This document shows positions 27,834 through 37,728 of a DNA stretch of 64,000 nucleotides, in pieces. The stretch is from a virus: IMG/VR virus record IMGVR_UViG_3300045988_086138; one strand, 5' to 3'. Every line of letters begins with the position of its first letter. Within the stretch, counting starts at the first letter, position 1. A program made the position numbers and the translations under genes. The notes beneath the pieces were generated by a model. The model was given only the letters and a program-made list of their open reading frames with translations, ran no database searches and was not told the origin of the DNA.

Positions 27834-29734
27834 TGGAACAACAGATTATAAGTAATAAAGTATATGAGTCACTACAAGTACCTACTGAGAATACCAGAAC
27901 TACTACTGGTAAAGTACTTTATGCGAATAGATACAGTGGAGTAGCTAGTGTGGCTATGCCCGAAGATTTAAAAGCTCTAATAGATAGTGACTTTGGATTA
28001 GTAGGCAAGAATATATTGGTTCAGCTTGAACAGAAGATGAAGGGTTATACTAATGGCCCATGGTATGTAGATTCTAGAGATGGGGTTATCTATATACATA
28101 ATCGAAAGTTTAATGAGGAACCAGTACATACTTATACCTATCAGGGAGAGAATGGTGAAGTACTCAGCGTATCTTTTACCATGCAGAATATAACTAAAAA
28201 AGTTAAAGCTACATTGGCCCCAGTAATCAATCCTGAGAGTAAAGATTTAAATGTATTTACTACTGGTATAAAAGAACCAGATGAGAATAATTTACCTCAG
28301 GTAATGCCCAATGAAGCTAATGGGGTATATTATAAAAATTGGAATACTTCAGTAGGTAAATATGGTGCTGAGAATAACCCGGATGATATTTGGAAAGTTA
28401 AAAGTATTCAAATAGAAAATGCCCTTGCAAATGATATGAACTTTAAAGCTGCCGTAGCAGCCGAGAAGGAAATGAACCATAAATGGAATAGTGATGTAGC
28501 TGAATACAAAGCTACCAATCCTGCAGAAGCTTATAGAGCGGGTAAACAAAAACATCTTGATGATCTTGAATTAAGTGAATTGAAAGCAAATATCAATCAG
28601 GCCATATCTAATTTACCCAGTGACCGTAGAGCTGCTGTTCAACAAGCTTTACGTAATTCAAAAACTGGTAAAGAGTTAGAAGCTAATCTTTATAAGATAC
28701 TAAAGAATGAACGGTACTTATTTGAAGGGGATGACCAAATGATGTATATGACTATAGAGGATGTAGACCCAAGAGATTATGACCCACAACATGCTAATAA
28801 GGGTGGGGCTACTGCTTGGGGCTCAGAGGATATGGCCAGTGTAAATCGAGGTATTCAAGCTTTGAAGGATGGGCCTTATACCATTGTGGTAGATGATACT
28901 CCGGTGATAAAATATAAGAACCCCTTAAATCAAAGCTTGGGTATTTATAGTATCAGTGTTAAGGTACAGCATTGGAAAAAAGCCAACATGGATGTACCTA
29001 TCTATAAGCTCTATCATAACCTATTTAGTAGATACGGTGGGGCAGATAAGTATGCTTGGGCTGCTAATGCTAATGCCAATGGTGGGTTAAAACATACTGA
29101 GAAAAGGTTAGTATGTCAAATGCAGGTAATAGGTAGACCTTCTCTTGCCTCATCTCAAATAATTAATATTGAGAACGTAGGTAAACGTTGGTCAGGGCCT
29201 TGGTATATCAAACAATGTACTCACTCTATGGATGCTGGTCAAGGCTATATAACCAATTTGGAGTTAGTAAAGAATTTAGGTAAGTCTGGTTCTGTTACTT
29301 CTCAATCTGGTCTATCTACTCAGGATATAGTAGCAAATGATGCTAAGTCTAACAGTAAAACAAGTAAAGGTAAAGATAAGAAATCCCTTAGCAATGTAAA
29401 CGAATTAATACTTGACTTCACTTACAATGAAGTAGTATACTTCGTGGAAACTTTCTTAGATAAAAATGGGGAAGTTAAAGATAGAAAGGGAGCAGAGGAA
29501 TTCCTTCGTAAGAGGGCTTACTATACCGAAGTACTTGCTAAAGACCCAATCGAAAAAGCAGAAGGAATAGTAATTACTGAAGGTAATCTTACTACCTCTA
29601 CTGGTAAGTATATACCAGGAAAGATAACTATTAAGGACGTACAAGTTCCTGATGATTACTGGGTTAAGTTTGATTATATGGCAGTAGCCATGAGGAATTA
29701 CAAAGAATATTTGAAAAAGAATAAAATAAAATAA
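27833..29734 (+). CDS. Baseplate hub protein (P2 gpD / gp27-like) with a large insertion
   Basis: 'QVIGRPSLASSQIINIENVGKRWSGPWYIKQCTHSMDAGQGYITNLELV' fits the late-control-D/VgrG hub pattern (G-x-P-x-L-x-x-G...f-s-G-x-y-x-v-x-x-v-x-H...G-Y-x-T). Confidence 0.6.
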   Translation: MEQQIISNKVYESLQVPTENTRTTTGKVLYANRYSGVASVAMPEDLKALIDSDFGLVGKNILVQLEQKMKGYTNGPWYVDSRDGVIYIHNRKFNEEPVHTYTYQGENGEVLSVSFTMQNITKKVKATLAPVINPESKDLNVFTTGIKEPDENNLPQVMPNEANGVYYKNWNTSVGKYGAENNPDDIWKVKSIQIENALANDMNFKAAVAAEKEMNHKWNSDVAEYKATNPAEAYRAGKQKHLDDLELSELKANINQAISNLPSDRRAAVQQALRNSKTGKELEANLYKILKNERYLFEGDDQMMYMTIEDVDPRDYDPQHANKGGATAWGSEDMASVNRGIQALKDGPYTIVVDDTPVIKYKNPLNQSLGIYSISVKVQHWKKANMDVPIYKLYHNLFSRYGGADKYAWAANANANGGLKHTEKRLVCQMQVIGRPSLASSQIINIENVGKRWSGPWYIKQCTHSMDAGQGYITNLELVKNLGKSGSVTSQSGLSTQDIVANDAKSNSKTSKGKDKKSLSNVNELILDFTYNEVVYFVETFLDKNGEVKDRKGAEEFLRKRAYYTEVLAKDPIEKAEGIVITEGNLTTSTGKYIPGKITIKDVQVPDDYWVKFDYMAVAMRNYKEYLKKNKIK

Positions 29735-29736
29735 TT

Positions 29737-30459
29737 ATGGGATACGAAACTGCACAGATTATTACCGAGGAAGGCCTAGAAGGTCTCGGTAGATATTATT
29801 CAGTCTATCGAGGTATAGTTGTAGATAACAATGATACCGAGAAGAATATGAATAGGGTAAAGGTATGTATTCCAGAAGTAATGGGTGGTACTTTTACTTG
29901 GGCTATCCCTAAAGGTCAACATGGTTCTATAAGTAGTGGTTTTAAATATTTAGCCCCGAAGGTTGGAGACATAGTATTTATTACTTTCGAATTTGGTGAC
30001 CCAACAAAGCCTTTATGGGAATACCATGGTTGGGGATTACAACAAATACCTCAACCCCTTAATGGTCCGAATAAAATGGGCTTAGTTACACCTGAGGGTA
30101 ACTTAATTGTGATTGATGATGATGAAGGAACCTTGAACCTATATTTTAATGGCTCTGTATCTTTATATTCAGAAAGTGATGTAGTGATAGCCTCTAAGAA
30201 AAGTATAGGTATAAATTCTGGGGATTCAGTAGTACTTAATACCGGAGAGAATAGAGGAATCATTAATATTGAACAGTTAACCGAGAAACTAAATCAAACT
30301 GTTAAAGAGTTAGAACAACTTCGCAGTTTGTTTAATTCTCATGTACACTCAGGTGTAACTACCGGACCAGGTTCTTCTGGTCCAACAGTAACTCAAGTAA
30401 CTAAACCTTTCTCACAATTCGTTATAGACGATTATGAGGATAAATCTTGCATACACTAA
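29737..30459 (+). CDS. Baseplate central spike protein (gpV / gp5 OB-fold type)
   Basis: 'YRGIVVDNNDTEKNMNRVKVCIPEVMG...WAIP...PKVGDIVFITFEFGDPTKPLW' is the typical gpV/gp5 N-terminal OB-fold signature. Confidence 0.7.
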   Translation: MGYETAQIITEEGLEGLGRYYSVYRGIVVDNNDTEKNMNRVKVCIPEVMGGTFTWAIPKGQHGSISSGFKYLAPKVGDIVFITFEFGDPTKPLWEYHGWGLQQIPQPLNGPNKMGLVTPEGNLIVIDDDEGTLNLYFNGSVSLYSESDVVIASKKSIGINSGDSVVLNTGENRGIINIEQLTEKLNQTVKELEQLRSLFNSHVHSGVTTGPGSSGPTVTQVTKPFSQFVIDDYEDKSCIH

Positions 30460-30884
30460 TGGAAAAGAATTACTTTACAGATCTAGTTGGTATAGGTGTA
30501 ACATATCCTATTCAGCTTACTCAGAATGAAAAGGGTGAAAGAGGTTGGTACCCAGTTAATGGGGATTTTAAACTTATCCGAAATAATATAAGTTCGATAT
30601 TATATTATATGATAGGTCAGAGGTTTCGACAAGAAAACTTTGGTAGTAAACTATGGCAATGTATTGAGGAACCAAACTCACAAGCCCTGAGTTTTATAAT
30701 TAAAGAGTTTTTAAAACAAGCCATAGGTGCTTGGGAACAAAGAATAACCTTCCAAAGTATCACAGTTACTAGAGTTGATGCAAAAATACACATAGAAGTA
30801 GCTTATGTAGTAAATGGAACAAATTCTAGTCAGTACCTTGATATCACCTATGACAGTTCGGATAATTCATTAAATACACAATAA
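30459..30884 (+). CDS. Baseplate wedge protein, GPW/gp25 family
   Basis: 'LIRNNISSILYYMIGQRFRQENFGSKLWQCIEEPN...IKEFLKQAIGAWEQRI' fits the gp25 pattern. An ATG at 30459 (TAATG overlap) is preferred to the TTG at 30447. Confidence 0.75.
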   Translation: MEKNYFTDLVGIGVTYPIQLTQNEKGERGWYPVNGDFKLIRNNISSILYYMIGQRFRQENFGSKLWQCIEEPNSQALSFIIKEFLKQAIGAWEQRITFQSITVTRVDAKIHIEVAYVVNGTNSSQYLDITYDSSDNSLNTQ

Positions 30885-30885
30885 T

Positions 30886-32607
30886 ATGGGAATCACTAAT
30901 AAATGGCTTAACCCATACCAGAGGTCATATCAACAGATTAAGGCTAAACTGGTAGAATCCCTTATGGGGCTAAAAGACTCTCAAGGTCAGAAACTCATAA
31001 CGGATTATTCGGAGGGGAATATCTTAATTATTATCCTCTCATTGTTTGCGGCAATTGCCGAAGTACTCCATTACTATGTAGATAACATGGCAAGGGAAAC
31101 TTTCCTATCTACTGCAAGAAGGTATGATTCGGTAGTTAAACATGGAGCATTGGTAGATTACCATGCTCGAGCAGCAATCGCAGCTACTGTAGATGTAATC
31201 TTATCTAGAAGTATTACTGGTAATTCTATCGGAGCCAAATTAACTATACCTCAAAGTACTGTATTTACAGACTCTAATGGTAATTCTTGGTTATCTGCCA
31301 GAGATGTAATATGGTATTCAAATGTAACTACCTGTAAAGTACCTCTTATACAGCATGAGAAATATACTTCGAGTGCTCTTAATAATATGGTAATACCCAG
31401 TGGGGATAGAGTAATACTTAACCTTGGTACATTACCAAACGGTAAATACTATGAACAAGGTTCTATGTCTTTACAGATAGGTGGAGAATCCTGGGTATTA
31501 GTAGATACTTTTGCAAAATCCAAACCTACAGATAAACATTTCATGGTATCAGTAGATGAAGCTCTCAACCCTTATATAATGTTTGGAGATGGTACTTTTG
31601 GTAAGAAGCCTGCTGCTGGTGCAAAGATAACTAATGTAGTATTCTACTTAACCAACGGTTCTCAGGGAAATGTAAAGAGTAATACCATTACTTCTATACC
31701 CTCAGTAATATCTTCATCAATTACCGATGCTACAGTAAGTAATGCTTATGATGCTGCAGGAGGTTCAAACTACGAAAACTTTACAATGCTCAAGGAACAT
31801 ATACCTTTGAGTGTAAAAACCTTGGGAGTAGCAATTACCAAAGAGGACTTCGAAAGTTTGGCCATGTTAGTAGATGGGGTAAACAAAGCTAAGGCAGATT
31901 ATGAATGTGGTAGAAAGCTTACCGTATATATTAGCCCAGATGGTGGAGCAGTTGCATCTTCAGAATTAATAAACAGAGTATACAACCTATTATCTCAAAG
32001 AGCTCCCATGACTACCTGGCTTAAGGTTAAGTCTGCAGGCAAGGTTCAGATAATCCTAGAAATGGATGTTACTGGTAAGAAATCTTATAAAACTGCAGAG
32101 ATACAAACTCAGATACTTACCGCATTATATAATGCCTATTCTCCGGAACAAGCCCAGATAGGTGGTGATGTAAGAATATCTGATATCTATGCTTTGATAG
32201 ATAACCTTTCTACCGTAGACTATCTACATCTTACTAAGTTCTACATTAAACCTTGGCCTATCACCATTTACGGTAATAAAGAATTAAGCTTGGGACAATT
32301 TAAGTTAAACAAAGCTACTGGGTCAATGACCTATTATATAACCTTCAATTCTTCAACTACATTTACTGTACGTTCGGTATCTAATGGTTATGTAACTACA
32401 GGGACAGTAGGTAACTCTATCCAGATAATCGATAAAGCAAATGGTTTTGATTTCTCTTTGGACATTCAGAATAACAGCTATCAATCTGGGTATAGGTATT
32501 CTATTACGGTATCAGAACCTAATCACGATTATGAAGACCCAGGGTTTAACTTACCCGTATTCGAAAATGCTTCACAACTAACACTAACCGTAAAAGAGAT
32601 AGTATAA
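30886..32607 (+). CDS. Baseplate J-like (gp6/gpJ) wedge protein
   Basis: 573 aa, directly after the gp25-like gene, in conserved W-J-I order. Confidence 0.6.
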   Translation: MGITNKWLNPYQRSYQQIKAKLVESLMGLKDSQGQKLITDYSEGNILIIILSLFAAIAEVLHYYVDNMARETFLSTARRYDSVVKHGALVDYHARAAIAATVDVILSRSITGNSIGAKLTIPQSTVFTDSNGNSWLSARDVIWYSNVTTCKVPLIQHEKYTSSALNNMVIPSGDRVILNLGTLPNGKYYEQGSMSLQIGGESWVLVDTFAKSKPTDKHFMVSVDEALNPYIMFGDGTFGKKPAAGAKITNVVFYLTNGSQGNVKSNTITSIPSVISSSITDATVSNAYDAAGGSNYENFTMLKEHIPLSVKTLGVAITKEDFESLAMLVDGVNKAKADYECGRKLTVYISPDGGAVASSELINRVYNLLSQRAPMTTWLKVKSAGKVQIILEMDVTGKKSYKTAEIQTQILTALYNAYSPEQAQIGGDVRISDIYALIDNLSTVDYLHLTKFYIKPWPITIYGNKELSLGQFKLNKATGSMTYYITFNSSTTFTVRSVSNGYVTTGTVGNSIQIIDKANGFDFSLDIQNNSYQSGYRYSITVSEPNHDYEDPGFNLPVFENASQLTLTVKEIV

Positions 32608-35069
32608 TGATAAACCTAAAAAATCTAATCGATTTTTTACCATTCGAATATAAGGACCAAGATACTTATAAGGTAAATGGTAAAGGCATCTTAGAAAGGT
32701 TTCTAGAAATTTGCGGAGAGCATTTTGAAGATTATATTACTAAGGACATTGAGAATATTCTGGATATTATCGATATAGATAAAACCCCAGATATGTACCT
32801 TAACTTCCTTTGGCAATTTCTCGGAGAAATGCCCTTTGCTTATGGGAATACCATAGATGCTCAAAAATGGTCAGAGTACTTTAATGGGTTCTATTCTGAT
32901 AGTAAACTCCAAGAGCTATCAAAGCTTTGGATAATTCCAAAGGAAGGCCCATTTACTTTAACAAGTACTCAAGTAAGAAACATACTGAAGTACTCAGTAT
33001 CACTTTTCAAAATACGAGGGACTTCCGAGTTCTTCGAAATTATGATGAGGTTATATGGGTTAACCTGTACAGTAACTGACCCAGCTAAGGCAGACTCTTA
33101 TGATGGTTGGGTAAAGAGCAACCCGAGGTTTGACCAGTACTATCAGTACGATGATAAGTATACCTATGATAATACTTTTGATTGTTCTCAATGTATACCC
33201 GTAACTTTTAGACTTACCGGTCATGGGTATACTTCTAATTCTGAAAGCTTTAAAAGATTTAGAGAAGCAGTAGAAAGTTTCTTTAAAAGATTCATACCCT
33301 ACCATGTATCATTTATTATACAATATGGGTTTACCATAAACGATGGGTATACTATTAAGGCAGAGTTAGTAAACCCAGAACAACCTAACCTTATTACTTC
33401 AGAAGTATACGAGGTACCAGTAAGGGTAATAGTAACTGCTGATTGGATAAATGCCGATTTGAGATATCAAATATCAAGTGATGGTGTTAATTGGGGATAT
33501 ACTAAACATGCAAGTGGTTCCGTATTTTATATACCAAGAGCTGGTACATATTACTTCAGAAGTGTAGGTGATAATTCTAAGGTGACCCAAATCACGGTAA
33601 ATCAGGAATCCTATAATAGGGTATACTCTATTACTTGTGAACCAATCTCTGAAAAGATAACTCCCAGTAAGTTAAAAGTTAGTACTGTAGTAAGGGCTAA
33701 TGTATCTTATAAAGGTACCGTTAAGATTTGTAATGTAAGGTTATCTGGTACTGACCAAGTAAAAGGCTTAGGCTCAACTTGGGAATTTACAGAGCCAGGT
33801 ACTTATATTTTTGAGATAGTAGAGTTTCCTGTAAAACAAACTTCTTTTGTAGTAACTCGAGAAGAGATTACTTATAAGGTAAGATGTACACCTTCTGAAT
33901 TTAGAGTAGGTGATAAACAGAGTATTAGGGATGCAGTTACTACTCTAACTATAGAATCGAATTATCCAGAATCATTTACTGGTGATTTATACTGTAGGCT
34001 AATAGGTGATACCAAGTTGTTTAAGAATGGGGATAAGTTTACTGCTAGTAGTTACGGTACTTACAAATTCAAATGTACACTGGATAAAAGGGAAACAGAT
34101 GAAGGGGTAGGTATCTTCGAAGTAACCTCTGGTAAAACTGCAATATATCGAATAAGTATTAACCCACCAACTTCTACTCTATTCAATGGCTCAGCTAAAA
34201 CTACGGTAAACATCCAACGTATCTCGGGTAATGGTGATGATTATAGGGTAAGGGTAGTAGAGACTGGGGAAACATTTAATGCAGCAAGTGGGTATGTATA
34301 TACTACTAATCGAGCAGGAACATATACTTTCCAATCAGTAGCTTATCCTACTGCTAAGACAGCTTGGGTTGTTAATAACTCACCAACTGTATATCAGAAT
34401 AAACTTAAAATCGTCCCTTCGGATGCTACTGATTCAAAATGGAAGGAACCAAATTGGTCACTACCAGAAGACCAGATTGATGACACTTATGCCATATACC
34501 AATTGTTGGATGAGGCTTCTGCTTGTAAGTTCCATCTTGAAGAAATGAAGAATGGGGTTAATGTAAGTGGTACTGCAACTTGTAATGAAACAGGCGAAAC
34601 GTATAACCTTGAATCAGAGATTATTTTAACTAAGGCTGGTACTTATACTTTTACTGCCGATGATGGTTCTTCTTTAAGGTGTCAAGTAATACTCGAAGAT
34701 TATCCAACTGTTATCGAAATTTCTTGTACTCCGGAGTATGCAGAATTAAAAGGTACAGTTAAGCAGGTTTCTACTTTAATTAAGTGTACCTCTAACAAAC
34801 CGGATTTCGATAGTAGGGTTAGGGAAGTTGGTAAAGTAAATACTTATGATGCCGGAGGTGCTGGATACGAATTTATAACGGCTACTGCTGGGGAATATAT
34901 TTTCGAATCTGTAGCAGATACTTCAAAGAGAACTAAATTTACGGTAGTAGATGCAGACCTTTTAAGTGTCAGTCCTCAGGTATTGGAATGGGAACATGAT
35001 GACCTATCCGAGAAAACCTTTACTATTACAACATACAGTAATCAATCTTGGCAAATAGTAGAACAATGA
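32607..35069 (+). CDS. Baseplate protein with a gpI-like N-terminus and six C-terminal beta-sandwich-like repeats
   Basis: N-terminus 'YLNFLWQFLGEMP...RNILKYSVSLFKIRGTSEFFEIMMRLYG' fits the P2 gpI pattern (k-R-x-x-i...k-G-T). Six modules each end in 'aGtYxFxsV...t.f.V'. Confidence 0.55.
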   Translation: MINLKNLIDFLPFEYKDQDTYKVNGKGILERFLEICGEHFEDYITKDIENILDIIDIDKTPDMYLNFLWQFLGEMPFAYGNTIDAQKWSEYFNGFYSDSKLQELSKLWIIPKEGPFTLTSTQVRNILKYSVSLFKIRGTSEFFEIMMRLYGLTCTVTDPAKADSYDGWVKSNPRFDQYYQYDDKYTYDNTFDCSQCIPVTFRLTGHGYTSNSESFKRFREAVESFFKRFIPYHVSFIIQYGFTINDGYTIKAELVNPEQPNLITSEVYEVPVRVIVTADWINADLRYQISSDGVNWGYTKHASGSVFYIPRAGTYYFRSVGDNSKVTQITVNQESYNRVYSITCEPISEKITPSKLKVSTVVRANVSYKGTVKICNVRLSGTDQVKGLGSTWEFTEPGTYIFEIVEFPVKQTSFVVTREEITYKVRCTPSEFRVGDKQSIRDAVTTLTIESNYPESFTGDLYCRLIGDTKLFKNGDKFTASSYGTYKFKCTLDKRETDEGVGIFEVTSGKTAIYRISINPPTSTLFNGSAKTTVNIQRISGNGDDYRVRVVETGETFNAASGYVYTTNRAGTYTFQSVAYPTAKTAWVVNNSPTVYQNKLKIVPSDATDSKWKEPNWSLPEDQIDDTYAIYQLLDEASACKFHLEEMKNGVNVSGTATCNETGETYNLESEIILTKAGTYTFTADDGSSLRCQVILEDYPTVIEISCTPEYAELKGTVKQVSTLIKCTSNKPDFDSRVREVGKVNTYDAGGAGYEFITATAGEYIFESVADTSKRTKFTVVDADLLSVSPQVLEWEHDDLSEKTFTITTYSNQSWQIVEQ

Positions 35070-35596
35070 TAAATACCATTGATAGAATCACAGAGACCAC
35101 GACTCAGTCTTTATTTAAGACATTTACCGTGGGAATATTGGGAGAGTGTACACAAATCTTATACGATTTAAGGTGGATGATAATACTTGCAATAATCTTA
35201 ATCCTATCCGATTTATGGTTTGGGTTATCTGCAAGCAGGCTTCAACATATAGAGATTCGAAAATCCCGAGCTGGAAGAAGAACTCTAAATAAGATAGTAG
35301 ATTATATTTGCTATGTTTTACTTGGAGCTGTACTTGGTAAAGCCATAGGAGAACCCTATGGAATGAATCCTATAGTTGTATCTATAACCGTTATGGTATT
35401 ATGTTATTGTTTCGAAGTAGATAGTATATATGGGCATATCTGCGAAATACATGGTATTAAGAAACGGTATAGTATATGGAGAATTCTCTTTAAGCTATTA
35501 ACCTTTAGGTTCAAGGATTTAGGTGAAGCATTTAAAGAGATGGCAGAACAAAAAAATAACTTTAAAAATACTAAGGATAATGAAGACGTACTTTAA
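35066..35596 (+). CDS. Holin (Phage_holin_4-like, multi-TM)
   Basis: TM segments 'WMIILAIILILSDLWFGL', 'YICYVLLGAVLG', 'IVVSITVMVLCYCF'. 'SDLWFGLSASRL...RKSRAGRRTLNKI' fits the D-x-x-T-G...S-x-x-x-x-G-x-x-K-K holin pattern. The ATG at 35066 (ATGA overlap) is preferred to the TTG at 35048. Confidence 0.55.
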   Translation: MINTIDRITETTTQSLFKTFTVGILGECTQILYDLRWMIILAIILILSDLWFGLSASRLQHIEIRKSRAGRRTLNKIVDYICYVLLGAVLGKAIGEPYGMNPIVVSITVMVLCYCFEVDSIYGHICEIHGIKKRYSIWRILFKLLTFRFKDLGEAFKEMAEQKNNFKNTKDNEDVL

Positions 35597-36935
35597 GTAT
35601 GAAGGTATTATTAAATCGAAGGAAGCAGCAGAAGCAATTGCTGCTCCTTCCGGTTTAGGACCATTCTGTGGATTTGGCTCAGCTACCATAAATGGTAATA
35701 AATTAATGGTATCTCCTCAGGGAGTTTCTGGAAGTAAATATGCTAATGTGATTAAGGATAGAATCCTTGCAAGGTACATGGCAAAAGATTCTGAGGATGG
35801 GGAATTACCAGATGTGAACTTCGGATGTATTTCAAGAGATGGGTATGTATTCATTTCCGATGAGCAAACTCTTACGATTGAAAACATCCAAGGTACTCAA
35901 GGCTCAACAGAAGAGGTATTACTATTTGCAGTACATACTCCTATACCGGAGCCAGTAGATAACCCAGTTGATTTTGTAGCATACTGGAATGAATCATCCG
36001 AAAGCTTTTACACTTTATTCAAAAAGTCTCAGGATATTTACTACCCCATTGCTGAGGATAATCGTACTCCGGATATACTTAATAATGATGTATATTCCGA
36101 TTATGATATGACGTTTAGCAATCTTCTAGAGATGGCAGAGAGTGCTTGCCCCTATTACTCCAATAATAAGAATTCAGTTGTTCTTATTGGAGTATATGGT
36201 AAGGGTACAGATGCCATGACCAAGAGAAATGAGAACTTTGCTATCGTACCTTATCAAGGCAAATTTCAAGAAATCCCATACACTACTGCCGCTCACAGTA
36301 TGGTGAAGGAATCGGTAAAAAGGGTAGAAGATATTAATAAGGGCTTCCCAGTAGTAGATGAATCCGGGAACAAGTTTAATATTAAACAGTATATCGATAA
36401 TCAGATTGAGGCAATTCGAAAAGAATTTGCTGACCAGCTGAGTACTGCAAATCTTCCCATTGGTTCTATAATCTTATGGGAAACCGATGTAATACCCGAT
36501 GGCTGGGCAGAATATACCAAAGCAGCCGGTAGAATAGTTATCGGTTATCAAGCTGGAGGTATTCAAATTGGTAATGATGTAATGTTACAAAATGTTGGTG
36601 ATTACTATACACCTACTCAAGGTAACTTCATTATAACTCTTAAGGGGGATGACTTACCTAAACACAGGCATGCTCTTGGTGTATCTAAAGGTAAACAAGA
36701 TAATGCCAATAACTGGGAGAATGTTAGACCTCAGTCTTTCTTTAATAGGGAGACGGGTTTAAATGGAGACTTCGGTAGAGGAACTCCCACCAAAGGTATT
36801 CAAGATGGTGCTATTGTAGTAAGTTGGAACTTGATAGGGGAGTCTTTCTTACAAGAGACTTCGGTAGATACTTTGAATATCGAAAAATTACCACCGACTA
36901 TTACTTTAAGATATATCCAAAAGATATCATCATAA
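35580..36935 (+). CDS. Tail fibre protein with a C-terminal phage tail-collar domain
   Basis: 'LPIGSIILWETDVIPDGWAEYTKAAGRIVIGY...GDDLPKHRHALG' fits the collar-domain pattern (vG-x-I...P-x-G-W...LP-x-H-x-H). An ATG at 35580 is likelier than the one at 35523, which lies inside the holin gene. Confidence 0.65.
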   Translation: MKTYFKYEGIIKSKEAAEAIAAPSGLGPFCGFGSATINGNKLMVSPQGVSGSKYANVIKDRILARYMAKDSEDGELPDVNFGCISRDGYVFISDEQTLTIENIQGTQGSTEEVLLFAVHTPIPEPVDNPVDFVAYWNESSESFYTLFKKSQDIYYPIAEDNRTPDILNNDVYSDYDMTFSNLLEMAESACPYYSNNKNSVVLIGVYGKGTDAMTKRNENFAIVPYQGKFQEIPYTTAAHSMVKESVKRVEDINKGFPVVDESGNKFNIKQYIDNQIEAIRKEFADQLSTANLPIGSIILWETDVIPDGWAEYTKAAGRIVIGYQAGGIQIGNDVMLQNVGDYYTPTQGNFIITLKGDDLPKHRHALGVSKGKQDNANNWENVRPQSFFNRETGLNGDFGRGTPTKGIQDGAIVVSWNLIGESFLQETSVDTLNIEKLPPTITLRYIQKISS

Positions 36936-37007
36936 TCGTAGTAAACACTCATGTATTAGTTGTATTGTTAGTATGTAAACAAATCTAAGTTTTGCATAAT
37001 TACTTTA

Positions 37008-37042
37008 AGGGAAGGGACGTTGGGAAACGCCCCTTTTCTTTT
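37008..37042. terminator. Bidirectional intrinsic terminator between convergent genes
   Basis: GGGACG (37014-37019) / CGCCCC (37028-37033) stem, flanked by an A-rich 5' side (AAGGGAA) and a 3' TTTTCTTTT run. Confidence 0.6.
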
Positions 37043-37046
37043 GTGT

Positions 37047-37700
37047 TTAATATTTGAGTTCTTCCTTAGCTCTATCTTCCCAATATTGTATATCTTGTCT
37101 GAGTTCTGAGATATATCTCATGGAATCATTAGTCTTAGGCATTTCGAAAAATTCTATTAGCATTATATTAGTAATTCGAGTGCTATTCCCAAGTTTCTCT
37201 TTAATGAAAGGTGGAGGAGTGATTAATACTTCGAAAAGTAAATAAGCATCAGAAGAAAGGTTAGCCTTCATATATTTATACATCATATCAATCATTTCTG
37301 ATTTGGCTTTTTCTTCTTCACTATCATCCTCTAATTCCTTATCATTATCAAATAAATCATCAAGCTTAAAAAGGCTTTGATTATACTCGGCTTGTTCTCC
37401 ATAAGCAGAACGAAGTAATTTATTCTTGAATGTACTAAGAGATGCAAGGATTCTTGCTTTAAGATGTTCTTCAGTACACTCACCATAGTATTTGTTGAAA
37501 ACAAATAACATCTTATCCCAGAAATATGATTGAATAATATCCGGTGTAAGATTAAACCGTTTATAATCAATCTGACGGGTAAGATTCTTGATTACCGGCT
37601 TACAGACTTTATAAAGTCTGTTAAATGTAGCTTCATCATAATCCCTCATAGGTTTTAATCTGTGAAGCTCAGAGCCATTATTTCCTTTACTTTTTCCCAT
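37047..37700 (-). CDS. Sigma-70/ECF-like transcription factor candidate (the only convincing minus-strand gene)
   Basis: 'EATFNRLYKVCKPVIKNLTRQI...TPDIIQSYFWDKMLFVFNKYY...LKARILASLSTFKNKLLRS' resembles sigma region 2. The C-terminal 'LSSDAYLLFEVL...ITNIMLIEFFEMPKTNDSMRYISELR' resembles region 4. By-eye, weak. Confidence 0.35.
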   Translation of the reverse strand: MGKSKGNNGSELHRLKPMRDYDEATFNRLYKVCKPVIKNLTRQIDYKRFNLTPDIIQSYFWDKMLFVFNKYYGECTEEHLKARILASLSTFKNKLLRSAYGEQAEYNQSLFKLDDLFDNDKELEDDSEEEKAKSEMIDMMYKYMKANLSSDAYLLFEVLITPPPFIKEKLGNSTRITNIMLIEFFEMPKTNDSMRYISELRQDIQYWEDRAKEELKY

Positions 37701-37720
37701 TGTTATAAATATTCGTTATG

Positions 37721-37728
37721 CAAATATA
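37721..37728 (-). promoter_or_regulatory. Bacteroidota-type -7 promoter box TAtaTTTG (TAnnTTTG) upstream of the sigma-like gene
   Basis: The minus strand reads CTTATATTTGCATAACGAAT, 21-28 nt upstream of the ATG. A near-identical block occurs at 60779-60797. Confidence 0.55.

Noticed and set aside
27342-29734. Hub encoded as two genes (163 aa + 633 aa): a pseudogene split or an intein/intron?
   Set aside because: The junction is a clean TAATG overlap like other coupled genes. No homing endonuclease or intein motifs were seen. Split or extended hubs are common, so this is treated as normal gene organisation.
36987-37042. TTTGCATAAT promoter-like element followed about 15 nt later by the terminator hairpin, as a possible tiny ncRNA
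   Set aside because: The -7 match is imperfect (TAAGTTTT, lacking the G of TAnnTTTG). The predicted transcript would be little more than the terminator stem. It is more simply the 3' UTR of the fibre gene.
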